Shown one piece after another: positions 16,300-26,364 of a DNA stretch of 64,000 bases. How positions within the stretch are numbered: position 1 is the first letter of the stretch; each line of letters starts with the position of its first letter. The position numbers were made by a program, and so were the translations under genes. The notes under the pieces are model-generated. The model did no database searches and was not told the DNA's origin. It saw only the letters and a list, made by a program, of their open reading frames with translations. Source of the stretch: Ignavibacteria bacterium (GTDB lineage: Bacteria; Bacteroidota; Ignavibacteria; Ignavibacteriales; SURF-24); assembly GCA_025612245.1 (NCBI GenBank), contig JAAXKQ010000014.1, positions 40,028-104,027 on the forward strand, given 5' to 3'.

Positions 16300-17190
16300 T
16301 TAGCGCAGAAACAGGATAGCCACGCCTCCAACCGCAATAAATGCTCCGACTATGGATTTCCAGGAAAGCTTTTCCTTGTAAAAATACTTAATCATCGGAA
16401 GCATTATTATTGGTGAAGTAGACATTATGGTTGAAGCTATTCCGGCATTTGTCCTGGCAACGGCAATAAGGCTGAATGTAATGCCAAGGTAAGGGCCTAA
16501 TATAGACCCTGCTGTTGTATAGAGAAGTGCCTTCCTGTCGGCCGAAAATACCCTGAACGGGTTTTTATAGCGCTTAAAGACAATGCCTGCCGGGAGTATA
16601 ACCAGGACAGAGGCAAAAATTCTGATAAAAGTGGCAACAAACCCGTTTATATCGCCTTCCTGGAAGGCGAGCTTTGCAAAGATAATTCCTGCGGCCTGCC
16701 CCAAAGCTCCCATAATGCCGTAGAAAATTCCGACCTTGCTGATCTTGTATTTTGCCGAAGGCTGCTCATTTTTTTCCATTACAACCATTGCAATACCGCT
16801 CAGCGTAACGACAATACCTATTATTCCCCAGGCTGAGAAGCTTTCGCCTAAAAAGAAGTACGCCATAACTGCCGTCATTGCGGGAGAAGAGGCCATAAGA
16901 AGCTGGCTTAAGCGCGCGCCGATGTGCTGGTATGCCTTAAACAGGTATGTATCGCCGAATATAAGCCCAATGAGTCCGCTTATTGCAAGATAAAAAACCT
17001 GTGAGGCTGAAAGCATGAGCGAAAACCCTGAAAGTAAAATTGTAATAATCAGGAAGATGGCGGCCAGTACGAGCCGGGTTATATTAACCTGGAAAGATCC
17101 GGCGCGAATGGAAGCCTCGGAAAAAAATATTGAGGTAAACGACCAGAGTATGGCAGTTATAAGGGCACTTAGTTCGCCTGTATATGACAT
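16300..17190 (-). CDS. DMT-superfamily (EamA-like) transporter
   Basis: 296 aa with about 10 TM helices in two repeated halves typical of EamA. Confidence 0.8.
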   Translation of the reverse strand: MSYTGELSALITAILWSFTSIFFSEASIRAGSFQVNITRLVLAAIFLIITILLSGFSLMLSASQVFYLAISGLIGLIFGDTYLFKAYQHIGARLSQLLMASSPAMTAVMAYFFLGESFSAWGIIGIVVTLSGIAMVVMEKNEQPSAKYKISKVGIFYGIMGALGQAAGIIFAKLAFQEGDINGFVATFIRIFASVLVILPAGIVFKRYKNPFRVFSADRKALLYTTAGSILGPYLGITFSLIAVARTNAGIASTIMSTSPIIMLPMIKYFYKEKLSWKSIVGAFIAVGGVAILFLR

Positions 17191-17305
17191 CTAAAAAAAA
17201 TGTTTAATGTTGAATGCATAATGCTTATTGTTGAAAGACAAAGATACGAAATTCCGGAGCCGGAAAAAATTCCTTCCGGCCCCAAAGCTTTACCTCCTTT
17301 GCCGG

Positions 17306-18685
17306 CTAAAGATTGAAGTACATTTTATACTCGAAGGGATGCGGCATTGTGCCAATGGATTTAATTTCCTCCTGCTTCAGCTTTACCCACTGGTGAAGGA
17401 GCTCATCCGTAAAAATGTCTCCGCGCCTTAAGAAATCATTATCTGCATCGAGAGCGTCCAGGGCTTCCGAAAGGTTTCTCGGGAGGAAATGAATGCTGTC
17501 CCTGCTATTTTCATCTATATTCTTATCGAATGGGCCATAGCCTTCCTTAACGGGATCGATCTTATTTACAACGCCGTCCAGTCCGGCAAGCAGCATTGCC
17601 GTAATGCACAGGTAAGGATTTGCAGTTGCATCCGGGGGACGGTATTCAAAACGTGTTTCTTCCGGGTTGGTGACGTATTTGGGGATTCTGATTGCACCGG
17701 CGCGGTTTCCCTGCCCGTAGGTCAATGCTACAGGGGCCTCAAAGCCCGGCACAAGCCTTTTATAAGAGTTTGTGCTGGGATTTGTAAAGGCCGAAAGTGC
17801 GGGGCCGTGCTTCAGCATTCCGCCGATAAAGAAGCGGCCCAGTTCGTTAATGTTTCCATACTCCCCTTTTTTATAGAAAGCGTTCTTTCCGTTTTTGGTC
17901 AAAAACATGTGAAGGTGCATGCCATTCCCAGCCTGCTGGTACATCGGTTTTGGCATAAATGTAACAAACAGGTCCTTCTGGCGCGCAAAATTAAAAAGAA
18001 CATATTTGCTCGTAACGATATTGTCGGCAGTTGCAAGCAGATCGGTAAAGTAGGTTTCAATTTCCTGCTGGCCGCGTTCCCCGGCCTCATGGTGGTGGTA
18101 CTTTACCTTGATTCCGAACCTCTGCAGGAGCTTTGAAGCCTCGTCGCGGAAGTCGTCGTAAACGTCGAAAGGATTGGCTGCATGGTAAGCCTTCTTGTAA
18201 AACTCCTCTGCGTGTTCCACCCTGTAGTAGGAAGAAGCCGTACGGGTATCGTATTCGACCTTGGAGAATATGTAAAACTCAAATTCCGGCCCCCAGAGCG
18301 ACTTATCTGCTCCCGTAATTTCTTTAAGAAGGCTTTCTGTTTTCTTTGCCAGGTAGCGCCCGTCCTGTGAAAATGGAGTGCGCTTGCCGTCGGTTAAGAT
18401 TATATGAGAGTAGAAGCTTAAAGTTGGGGCCTCCCGGAAAGGATCTATCACAGCACTCTGAAGGTCGGGTACCATAATCATATCGCTGTTTTCCACCCTG
18501 CTGAAGCCGAAGCTGGAGCCGTCGAAGCCTACTCCTTCATTAATTAGTTTAGTTAAAAGTCCTGGATAAAAAGGAAGTGAGATGTGGTGAAGGCGTCCCG
18601 AGAGGTCAATACACTTAAGGTCGATGATCTCAATGTTGTTTTTTTTGATCAGATTATTGCAGCTTTGAAGAATGTTCTCTGGCAT
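17306..18685 (-). CDS. glnA: glutamine synthetase (type I-like)
   Basis: 459 aa. Motifs include KPMYQQAGNGMHLHMFL, NPSTNSYKRLVPGFEAP and RIPKY...RFEYRPPDATANPYL. Confidence 0.9.
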   Translation of the reverse strand: MPENILQSCNNLIKKNNIEIIDLKCIDLSGRLHHISLPFYPGLLTKLINEGVGFDGSSFGFSRVENSDMIMVPDLQSAVIDPFREAPTLSFYSHIILTDGKRTPFSQDGRYLAKKTESLLKEITGADKSLWGPEFEFYIFSKVEYDTRTASSYYRVEHAEEFYKKAYHAANPFDVYDDFRDEASKLLQRFGIKVKYHHHEAGERGQQEIETYFTDLLATADNIVTSKYVLFNFARQKDLFVTFMPKPMYQQAGNGMHLHMFLTKNGKNAFYKKGEYGNINELGRFFIGGMLKHGPALSAFTNPSTNSYKRLVPGFEAPVALTYGQGNRAGAIRIPKYVTNPEETRFEYRPPDATANPYLCITAMLLAGLDGVVNKIDPVKEGYGPFDKNIDENSRDSIHFLPRNLSEALDALDADNDFLRRGDIFTDELLHQWVKLKQEEIKSIGTMPHPFEYKMYFNL

Positions 18686-18769
18686 AACAACCCCTGATTA
18701 TTAAAAAATAATTTTGGTGGGACAAAGGAGTGTGTAAATGTTGCCGTATGGACTCTTTTGTCCAGAGAC

Positions 18770-18795
18770 AAAAAAGCGCCTGATTGCTCAGGCGC
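18770..18795 (-). terminator. rho-independent terminator of eno
   Basis: The minus strand reads GCGCCTGA-GCAA-TCAGGCGC followed by TTTTTT. Confidence 0.75.
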
Positions 18796-18821
18796 CCTAA
18801 AAGAACATATAATTGTGTCAA

Positions 18822-20237
<1,416 letters not shown>

Positions 20238-20452
20238 TCAAAATCCGGATTTTTGGGCTCCTTCGCGAGTCATAAATGCTGAAGTTATATCTTTTTATAT
20301 GGACTGGTTCATGCCCGCATTTTTGAGCCTGATTCCCGCGCCCCTCATGCTATGCGGCCATCCCGGTTGATTCTCAAAAGCTGTTTCGGTAATTTGGCTT
20401 TTACAAATTGTACCCTATGGGTGCTACACTTCTACAAACAAAGGGGATAATA

Positions 20453-21082
20453 ATGAAAGTCGTCACATTCAAAATTCTGTTGGTTTTCAGTACAGTTCTA
20501 TTTGTTTTTTCCGGATGTTCTAAAGATGAACCTACAAAGCCCAAAGAAGATCCTGTTATTGCCGGAGAGTACTTTCCAATTGACACCACCACAATCTGGT
20601 GTTATTCATCGAACGCCCTGAGCGAAGGCGGCGTAAACCCCGTTGCTTTTGAGACGAAATTCGGGACCTACACTTACGAAAACGGACGCTTTGATGCACT
20701 TTTAGGAAGGCTTACCGGCACGACTGACTGGCATCCGATAATATCCATAAAGGACAGCGCAGGAATCGTTTTCTCTCTGGGCGATAATCCGCCGGAAAGT
20801 CCTTTCCCGCTATTCAAGCACCAGTACACCGAAAGTGAAGTCACCTGGGAGGATATAACCATAAACGGGAAGAAATACGAGACACTGAAAAGAGTCATGG
20901 TAATGGAACACGATACGCTGACCCTATGGTTTGCCGACCAGATAGGTCTTGTAAAAGAATTCAGCCGTCAGGGTATGTCATTATTCAGTGATGCTAACAT
21001 AGGCAGGAAAGTTACAATTACGACAGAGCTTACAGATCGCGGCAGAATTATTCCGATACATACGTATCCGAAGCCCGAATAG
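20453..21082 (+). CDS. lipoprotein, hypothetical
   Basis: MKVVTFKILLVFSTVLFVFSGCSKD carries a lipobox. No recognisable catalytic motif. Confidence 0.5.
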   Translation: MKVVTFKILLVFSTVLFVFSGCSKDEPTKPKEDPVIAGEYFPIDTTTIWCYSSNALSEGGVNPVAFETKFGTYTYENGRFDALLGRLTGTTDWHPIISIKDSAGIVFSLGDNPPESPFPLFKHQYTESEVTWEDITINGKKYETLKRVMVMEHDTLTLWFADQIGLVKEFSRQGMSLFSDANIGRKVTITTELTDRGRIIPIHTYPKPE

Positions 21083-21310
21083 CAGAGGAGATCAGAAGCT
21101 ACCGGGAGTCATTTCCCGGTAGAATGCCATAGATTTCGCCGTATGGATCCATTTTTTATTTTATTAATGGCGAAAATTAGTTATATTAATAACCTGAAAT
21201 GCAGAAAATCTGCCAAATGCCCGCATTGCCAATAAAAGCGGTAGTTTATTGAATCCCGAAAGCCTTTGGGACCGATATTCGAAGGGTATAAAGCAAAGTT
21301 CACTATATCT

Positions 21311-21384
21311 GCCCCCGTAGCTCAGCAGGATAGAGCGTCGGTTTCCTAAACCGCAGGTCGGAGGTTCGAATCCTCTCGGGGGTA
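21311..21384 (+). tRNA. tRNA-Arg (anticodon CCT)
   Basis: Folded by hand: acceptor GCCCCCG/CGGGGGT, D arm GCTC..GAGC, anticodon stem TCGGT/ACCGC with loop TTCCTAA, T arm GGAGG-TTCGAAT-CCTCT. CCA is not encoded. Confidence 0.9.
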
Positions 21385-21512
21385 CAAATGAAAGTCGAAA
21401 ATTAAATGTTTTCGGCTTTTCTCGTTTCTTATAGTTGATGAATTTACTATCCGCCTCCTATAATCACCTACAAATGTAAAATATGGGAATTATGAATCAT
21501 TTTACCCCGTTT

Positions 21513-22310
21513 TCACTCTTCCAGTTTATACTCCCAGAGTAAACGATAATTAAACGGAGCATCATAAAACGGCTGAATATACTGCCCCTTTATTCTTACC
21601 AGGCCCTCATTCAATTTAAAGAAGCCTGAGGAAAACGCATCAATCTCTATCTCTTTATCTTTAGGAGCAGTAAATTTATAATATCTCGGCATCCTCTCCC
21701 AATTCAGATATTCAGAGAAACTAATGAAATGCAATTTATCCTCATAAATCTCAAAGGCCGTATGGACCGTATCGACATGCGATTTGATAATTCCATTAGA
21801 GGATTCAAAGGTAGTATCAATTCTGGTTTCATTTACTTTTAATACCAGAGTATCATTTCTTGTGACTAATTTATACATATCCCATATTAGTCTTCCATTC
21901 CTTTCTATTTTATCAATTGACCCACTGCTTTTATAATTGAATTTAAATATTTTCATCCCAGTCTTCATTGGAAAATAATCGCAATATTGTGGACGAAGTT
22001 CTATTTCCATCGTAGTATCGACTGAGACATAAATACTCTTTACCAGGGTATCATATTGCGGGCAGGTAAATTGAAAGGAATAATTTCCATCCGAAGGTAC
22101 AGAAAACTTAAAAGTCCCATCAGAGCTTGTAGTGTATTCCTTATTATCAATTTTAATTTTCACATTACCGAGTTTTACAGACGGATAAGTTTCATAATCG
22201 ACAACGGTCCCGTAAATGGTATAACATTTTTGCAGTGACTGCGCTTGGCTATTATTCGGGTAAAACAAAAGTACGAATATGAAACCAGTTATGTAGACTA
22301 AAAAATGCAT
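21513..22310 (-). CDS. secreted hypothetical protein with N-terminal CarboxypepD_reg-like beta-sandwich
   Basis: 265 aa with signal peptide (...NNSQAQS). YTIYGTVVDYETYPSVKLGNVKIKIDNKEYTTSSDGTFKFSVPSDGNYSF follows the pattern of carboxypeptidase-regulatory-like domains. Confidence 0.45.
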   Translation of the reverse strand: MHFLVYITGFIFVLLFYPNNSQAQSLQKCYTIYGTVVDYETYPSVKLGNVKIKIDNKEYTTSSDGTFKFSVPSDGNYSFQFTCPQYDTLVKSIYVSVDTTMEIELRPQYCDYFPMKTGMKIFKFNYKSSGSIDKIERNGRLIWDMYKLVTRNDTLVLKVNETRIDTTFESSNGIIKSHVDTVHTAFEIYEDKLHFISFSEYLNWERMPRYYKFTAPKDKEIEIDAFSSGFFKLNEGLVRIKGQYIQPFYDAPFNYRLLWEYKLEE

Positions 22311-22666
22311 TTATCTGTTTTCCTCCCAAACAGGATCAAAAAGCCGGAAATGAAGTTGTTATTCATAGAAAGATGCTGTTTTTTTGAGCAGCACAATTCA
22401 TTCAAATGCAAATTAAGCTGCATACTGTACATAGTCAAATTACCAATAAATAATAATATTATGCTCAGGAGAATATTTCCTGAAAGTTGTACACCCCCAT
22501 ACAGGATAAACTGTTTTAATATATCAATGATCATATCTTGGCTTCAGTCTACTGATGATGGATTGATTGAGTTAAATGTAGATTGGGATGCCTAGATTAT
22601 AAGGAAAACAAAGAGGGGGAAATGGTGAGATTCCCCTAAGAATTTGGCAAAAGAAGTTCTTTCTAG

Positions 22667-23467
22667 TCAGAATTTGAAGCAAAATGAAATGTTTGCAGTT
22701 TGACTGTCTGATTCAATTTGTACGTACAGGTTATCCTGTTTGACTATTATGGCATCCATCAGGCTTAAGGCATAGAAGACCCCTGCTGATATGAAACTTA
22801 TAGTACTGTAAGTGCTGAAGTTCTTAGATTCATTATTGTAAAAGTCTCTCCTGGCTTGTGTGTGTGAGCTGAATGCTTTATTTATTGCATCCATTTCCAG
22901 TTGCCTGAAGGCAAGTCCGCCTGCAACGCCTCCAAGAGCCAAAACCATAAAAGAAACTCCTTTGAAAGTCTCTTCCTTATAAAGCTGCCCCCAGCCGGGC
23001 AGAAGCAGTGACCGCCATATGGGAGAAATTGCCGACGGTGGCGTAACAGGACTCTTCTTTGGAAGGGATAACAGGACCCATGCTTCAGTGCGTGCCCCAT
23101 TTTCCTCATAATAACTTTCAACTTCTTTCAGGTTTTTAATTGTTCTGGATTCACCTTCCGATTTCAATTCCTGTGCTGATTTTCTGACTATTTCCAGCTG
23201 ACTCTTATCATCAAATACATTCTGGGTGGAAGTAATTTTATCCTCTTCAGCGTATTTTATTGTCAAAATGCCATATCGCATGATGGAAATAATGGCGTTT
23301 TCAAAAGCGACCTGCTTTGCATCGGCTTTGGATTTATTGCTTACTCCACTACCTACAAAGTAGTCATTAAGATAACCCGGAGGTACTTTTTTTATCCATT
23401 CAGGCTGGGAGAATATATCATGGCTACTAATAAATATAAGCACCCATAAGAAAACTAGTTTCTGCAA
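22667..23467 (-). CDS. LPP20-like N-terminal domain + C-terminal membrane segment protein
   Basis: 266 aa with signal peptide. QPEWIKKVP...YFVGSGVS is LPP20-like. The C-terminal WRSLLLPGWGQLY plus two hydrophobic helices resemble DUF5683-type segments. Confidence 0.45.
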   Translation of the reverse strand: MQKLVFLWVLIFISSHDIFSQPEWIKKVPPGYLNDYFVGSGVSNKSKADAKQVAFENAIISIMRYGILTIKYAEEDKITSTQNVFDDKSQLEIVRKSAQELKSEGESRTIKNLKEVESYYEENGARTEAWVLLSLPKKSPVTPPSAISPIWRSLLLPGWGQLYKEETFKGVSFMVLALGGVAGGLAFRQLEMDAINKAFSSHTQARRDFYNNESKNFSTYSTISFISAGVFYALSLMDAIIVKQDNLYVQIESDSQTANISFCFKF

Positions 23468-23478
23468 CTGGTAATTCC

Positions 23479-24075
23479 TTAATTATTGGCTTTGACGCTC
23501 TCAAGCAGTCTTGTAGCTGTTTCTTCTGCCTTTTTATTGTTTTCCTCTACAGCCTTTCTTTTCATCTCATTAAAAGCTCCTGCCAGTGCTTTTTTATAGT
23601 CTGTAGTGGAAATCCTCAGTTTGCTGTAGCAGTTATAGTAATATTTTACGCCTGTTTCCGTTTTGACCTCAACCTTCTCCCAGTACGATTCGGGATTCTG
23701 TACCCCGGCTATTCTGTCAGTAGTGGATATCCAGGAAACCGCAAACTCAGAGAACCTGCCCAAATCCTCTTCGCTCACATTGGAACCCCTTAATGCAGAT
23801 GTTGACTGTGACTTTATGGCATTCTGCATCATGTTCATTAGTTTTCTCATACCATCGGCATAAGCCTGGCTCATTCCAAAGGAGCGGTCTATTCCTTTGG
23901 TAAGTTCGCCTGTTACGTAAATATATTGGCCTTCCTCAATCGTTGGTTTTAATACCCAGTCAGGAGTCGATCCGCTTTTTTCGACCGTCTTTTCAGAGCC
24001 AATCTCAGCTGTAGTTGAACAGGCTGAAAATGTAACTACAGTAAGAAAAGATAATAACAGGACTAAGTTTTTCAT
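23479..24075 (-). CDS. LPP20-like lipoprotein
   Basis: 198 aa with lipobox TFSAC. TPDWVLKP...YIYVTGE is LPP20-like, followed by a coiled-coil tail. Confidence 0.5.
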   Translation of the reverse strand: MKNLVLLLSFLTVVTFSACSTTAEIGSEKTVEKSGSTPDWVLKPTIEEGQYIYVTGELTKGIDRSFGMSQAYADGMRKLMNMMQNAIKSQSTSALRGSNVSEEDLGRFSEFAVSWISTTDRIAGVQNPESYWEKVEVKTETGVKYYYNCYSKLRISTTDYKKALAGAFNEMKRKAVEENNKKAEETATRLLESVKANN

Positions 24076-24113
24076 AATAATCCCCTCTAAAGTTAGTTAA
24101 TTGTTGGAATTCT

Positions 24114-24440
24114 TCATCCCGCAGAGATCCCCAGAATGCAATGAATGTAACAGGCAAAATCACCAATGACAATTCTGTCGTTTCCCAGAAGATTTCTCCA
24201 TGCTCCATTCTCTCCGCTTTTTTGCATATTCCGGCTAAGAATGTTGCAACTATCAATAAATGCATCATGAGCAATTGTTCTTGTTCTGCTCATTTCTGCC
24301 CGTTCTTCGCGTGGAATTACTGCCCATTGCGCCCTTATATTTGCATATTTTATTGCAGCCTCAAGAAGATCCTGTTTTAATCTTTTATGCTGCGTCTCTT
24401 TCAGTAGTGCAAATATCTTTTCAGCCGTTTCCAGACTCAT
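24114..24440 (-). CDS. small cytoplasmic helical protein, hypothetical
   Basis: I prefer the ATG at 24440 (MSLETAEKIF...), 108 aa. The longer ORF-track start would overlap the upstream gene by 68 nt. Confidence 0.4.
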   Translation of the reverse strand: MSLETAEKIFALLKETQHKRLKQDLLEAAIKYANIRAQWAVIPREERAEMSRTRTIAHDAFIDSCNILSRNMQKSGENGAWRNLLGNDRIVIGDFACYIHCILGISAG

Positions 24441-24453
24441 TTTTCTTTCCCTT

Positions 24454-26337
24454 CTATTTGAAGAATGTAATTTCAATCCACCTGATATAGTCGCTGGGCT
24501 GCCCGTTATAATCCGCAGCACTTATTTCAATCCAGTCTGCCCGACTGATGTCAACATCTTTACATATAATAGGGTCCTTAAGCGGCATAGGTTCAACTTC
24601 AAGTATTGTATTACCCTTATCATCATGAATCCTGCATTTTTTATTTCCTTTCAAGCCGCCGGTATCATCTACGCCAACTTTTAAGTTTACATACCTGTAT
24701 TCTTTAAGCAACTTTACAGTGATAGATTCATCGTCAAAATATACCGCATCCGGGTACGCAATTGATTTAATGATTGTATTTGATTTTTTTGTATATTTTC
24801 CTTTGATGATCTCCATATCCCACAAAGGAATACCCGGCGGAGGCACAATATTCATTTTAACTTCCACAAGTTCATTGCCACCATTTGAATTTACCCTTAT
24901 TATCCCCGAACAGCTGCCATATGATAAATTTGTTCTGTCGACAGTTACATTTACTGTCCCGTTATTTGTTCCATTCATGGGCTCAGCTTTCAGCCAGTCC
25001 TGGTCTGTGCTTATGTTCCAGTTGAGATAGCCACTTCCGGCATTAGTTACATTAAATGACCTCTGAGTCTGGGCGCTGCCGAAATCAATTACCTTTGTAG
25101 AAATATTCAGCCGGGGTATGAATTCAACATGCATCTCCACAGGGACTTCTGTGTTCCCTCCGTTTGATGTAATCGTCAGAGTGCCATTATATTTTCCTTC
25201 CGGCAGACTGCTCCTGTCAACAGATACACTTGCAGCAGAAGTGCTAGAGCCGCTTTGAGGGTTTACCTTAAGCCAGCTTTTATCTGAAAAAATATTCCAT
25301 TGCAGTATTCCTGTTCCGAAATTGCCGATCTGAAGTGCCTTCATTTCATCTTCGGCTCCGAATATCATTGAGGTCGGATTAACCTTAATCAGCGGAGCAC
25401 CCGATATCTGCATTTTTACAGATGCTGTCTGGTTGCCTCCGTTTGAGGAAAATATTGCATTGCCGTTATAACTGCCGGGTGCAAGGCCGTTTCTGTTTAC
25501 TTTGATTTTTACCGCGGTTGAATTTGCAGTAATGCTTCCGGAAGAGGGTTCAATGTTGATCCACCCATCATTTGTAGCCGCGGTCCATTCTAATGTTCCT
25601 GTACCAGAATTTGTAAGTATAACGCCAAGTTCATTTTGTGATGATGCGAAATCAATAATATTGGGAGTAATCGTAATCTGTGGTGCATTCGGATTTCTTT
25701 TTACCATCTGCACATTTACTGATTTTTTCCCAACATTGGATGAAATTGAAACTACATCATTGAATGTCCCGAAACCGACCAGACTGCGGTCAGCAGTTAG
25801 AATTATTTTCTTAACGTTATCTGTAACAGAGCCGGACGTCTCGCTTAATGAAAGCCACCCGGAATTCTCTGAGATTGAATAATCTATTGTACCGATACCG
25901 GAACTATTGTTTATAGATATTTCTATCTCAGTCTTATCAGTCCCAAAATCAATAAATGAAGGTGTTACAGCAAGCTCTGCGGTCTGCTCATCCATCAGGA
26001 TATCGGCATTGGCAGTATTTCCTTCATTCACGTGAACATTTATCTGCGAATCCTTAAAGCCGCTTTTTGCAGCCATTACCACATAAGTGCCAGGCGATAA
26101 TTTCGGAATCTCGAATTTGCCGGTGGCATCGGTGGAAACACTGGATGTAATAGGTAAAGTCGATATCTGTACGCCGGAGAGTGCTGCGCCTGAAGCTTTA
26201 TTGATCACACTGCCTGTAATTTTGGTTACGATTTCCGGGGCATCATTTGGTGCCTGTTTGCAGGTAAACGAAATTATAGATAGAAATATTGAAATATAAA
26301 AGACATTATAGAAACGGGTTTCAACACGATCTTTCAT
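24454..26337 (-). CDS. cell-surface protein: CarboxypepD_reg-like domain + 4 tandem BACON-like Ig repeats + unknown C-terminal domain
   Basis: 627 aa. The N-terminal region ends in FTC (possible lipobox). Four ~95-aa repeats share the pattern IDFG...N.G.G.L.W......WL...P.SGS....V.V.V.R..L..G.Y.G...I.SNGG. Confidence 0.6.
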   Translation of the reverse strand: MKDRVETRFYNVFYISIFLSIISFTCKQAPNDAPEIVTKITGSVINKASGAALSGVQISTLPITSSVSTDATGKFEIPKLSPGTYVVMAAKSGFKDSQINVHVNEGNTANADILMDEQTAELAVTPSFIDFGTDKTEIEISINNSSGIGTIDYSISENSGWLSLSETSGSVTDNVKKIILTADRSLVGFGTFNDVVSISSNVGKKSVNVQMVKRNPNAPQITITPNIIDFASSQNELGVILTNSGTGTLEWTAATNDGWINIEPSSGSITANSTAVKIKVNRNGLAPGSYNGNAIFSSNGGNQTASVKMQISGAPLIKVNPTSMIFGAEDEMKALQIGNFGTGILQWNIFSDKSWLKVNPQSGSSTSAASVSVDRSSLPEGKYNGTLTITSNGGNTEVPVEMHVEFIPRLNISTKVIDFGSAQTQRSFNVTNAGSGYLNWNISTDQDWLKAEPMNGTNNGTVNVTVDRTNLSYGSCSGIIRVNSNGGNELVEVKMNIVPPPGIPLWDMEIIKGKYTKKSNTIIKSIAYPDAVYFDDESITVKLLKEYRYVNLKVGVDDTGGLKGNKKCRIHDDKGNTILEVEPMPLKDPIICKDVDISRADWIEISAADYNGQPSDYIRWIEITFFK

Positions 26338-26364
26338 AGTGTTTGTTCCATCAAAAAGATGATT

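Noticed and set aside
21385-21512. Integrase or att duplication expected next to tRNA-Arg.
   Set aside because: No integrase-like ORF and no second copy of the tRNA-Arg 3' end was spotted by eye. I report only the compositional shift and do not call a mobile element.
22298-22534. 78-aa minus-strand ORF overlapping the start of the 265-aa secreted protein gene.
   Set aside because: AT-rich region with no RBS seen and an odd composition, so it cannot be told apart from a chance ORF.
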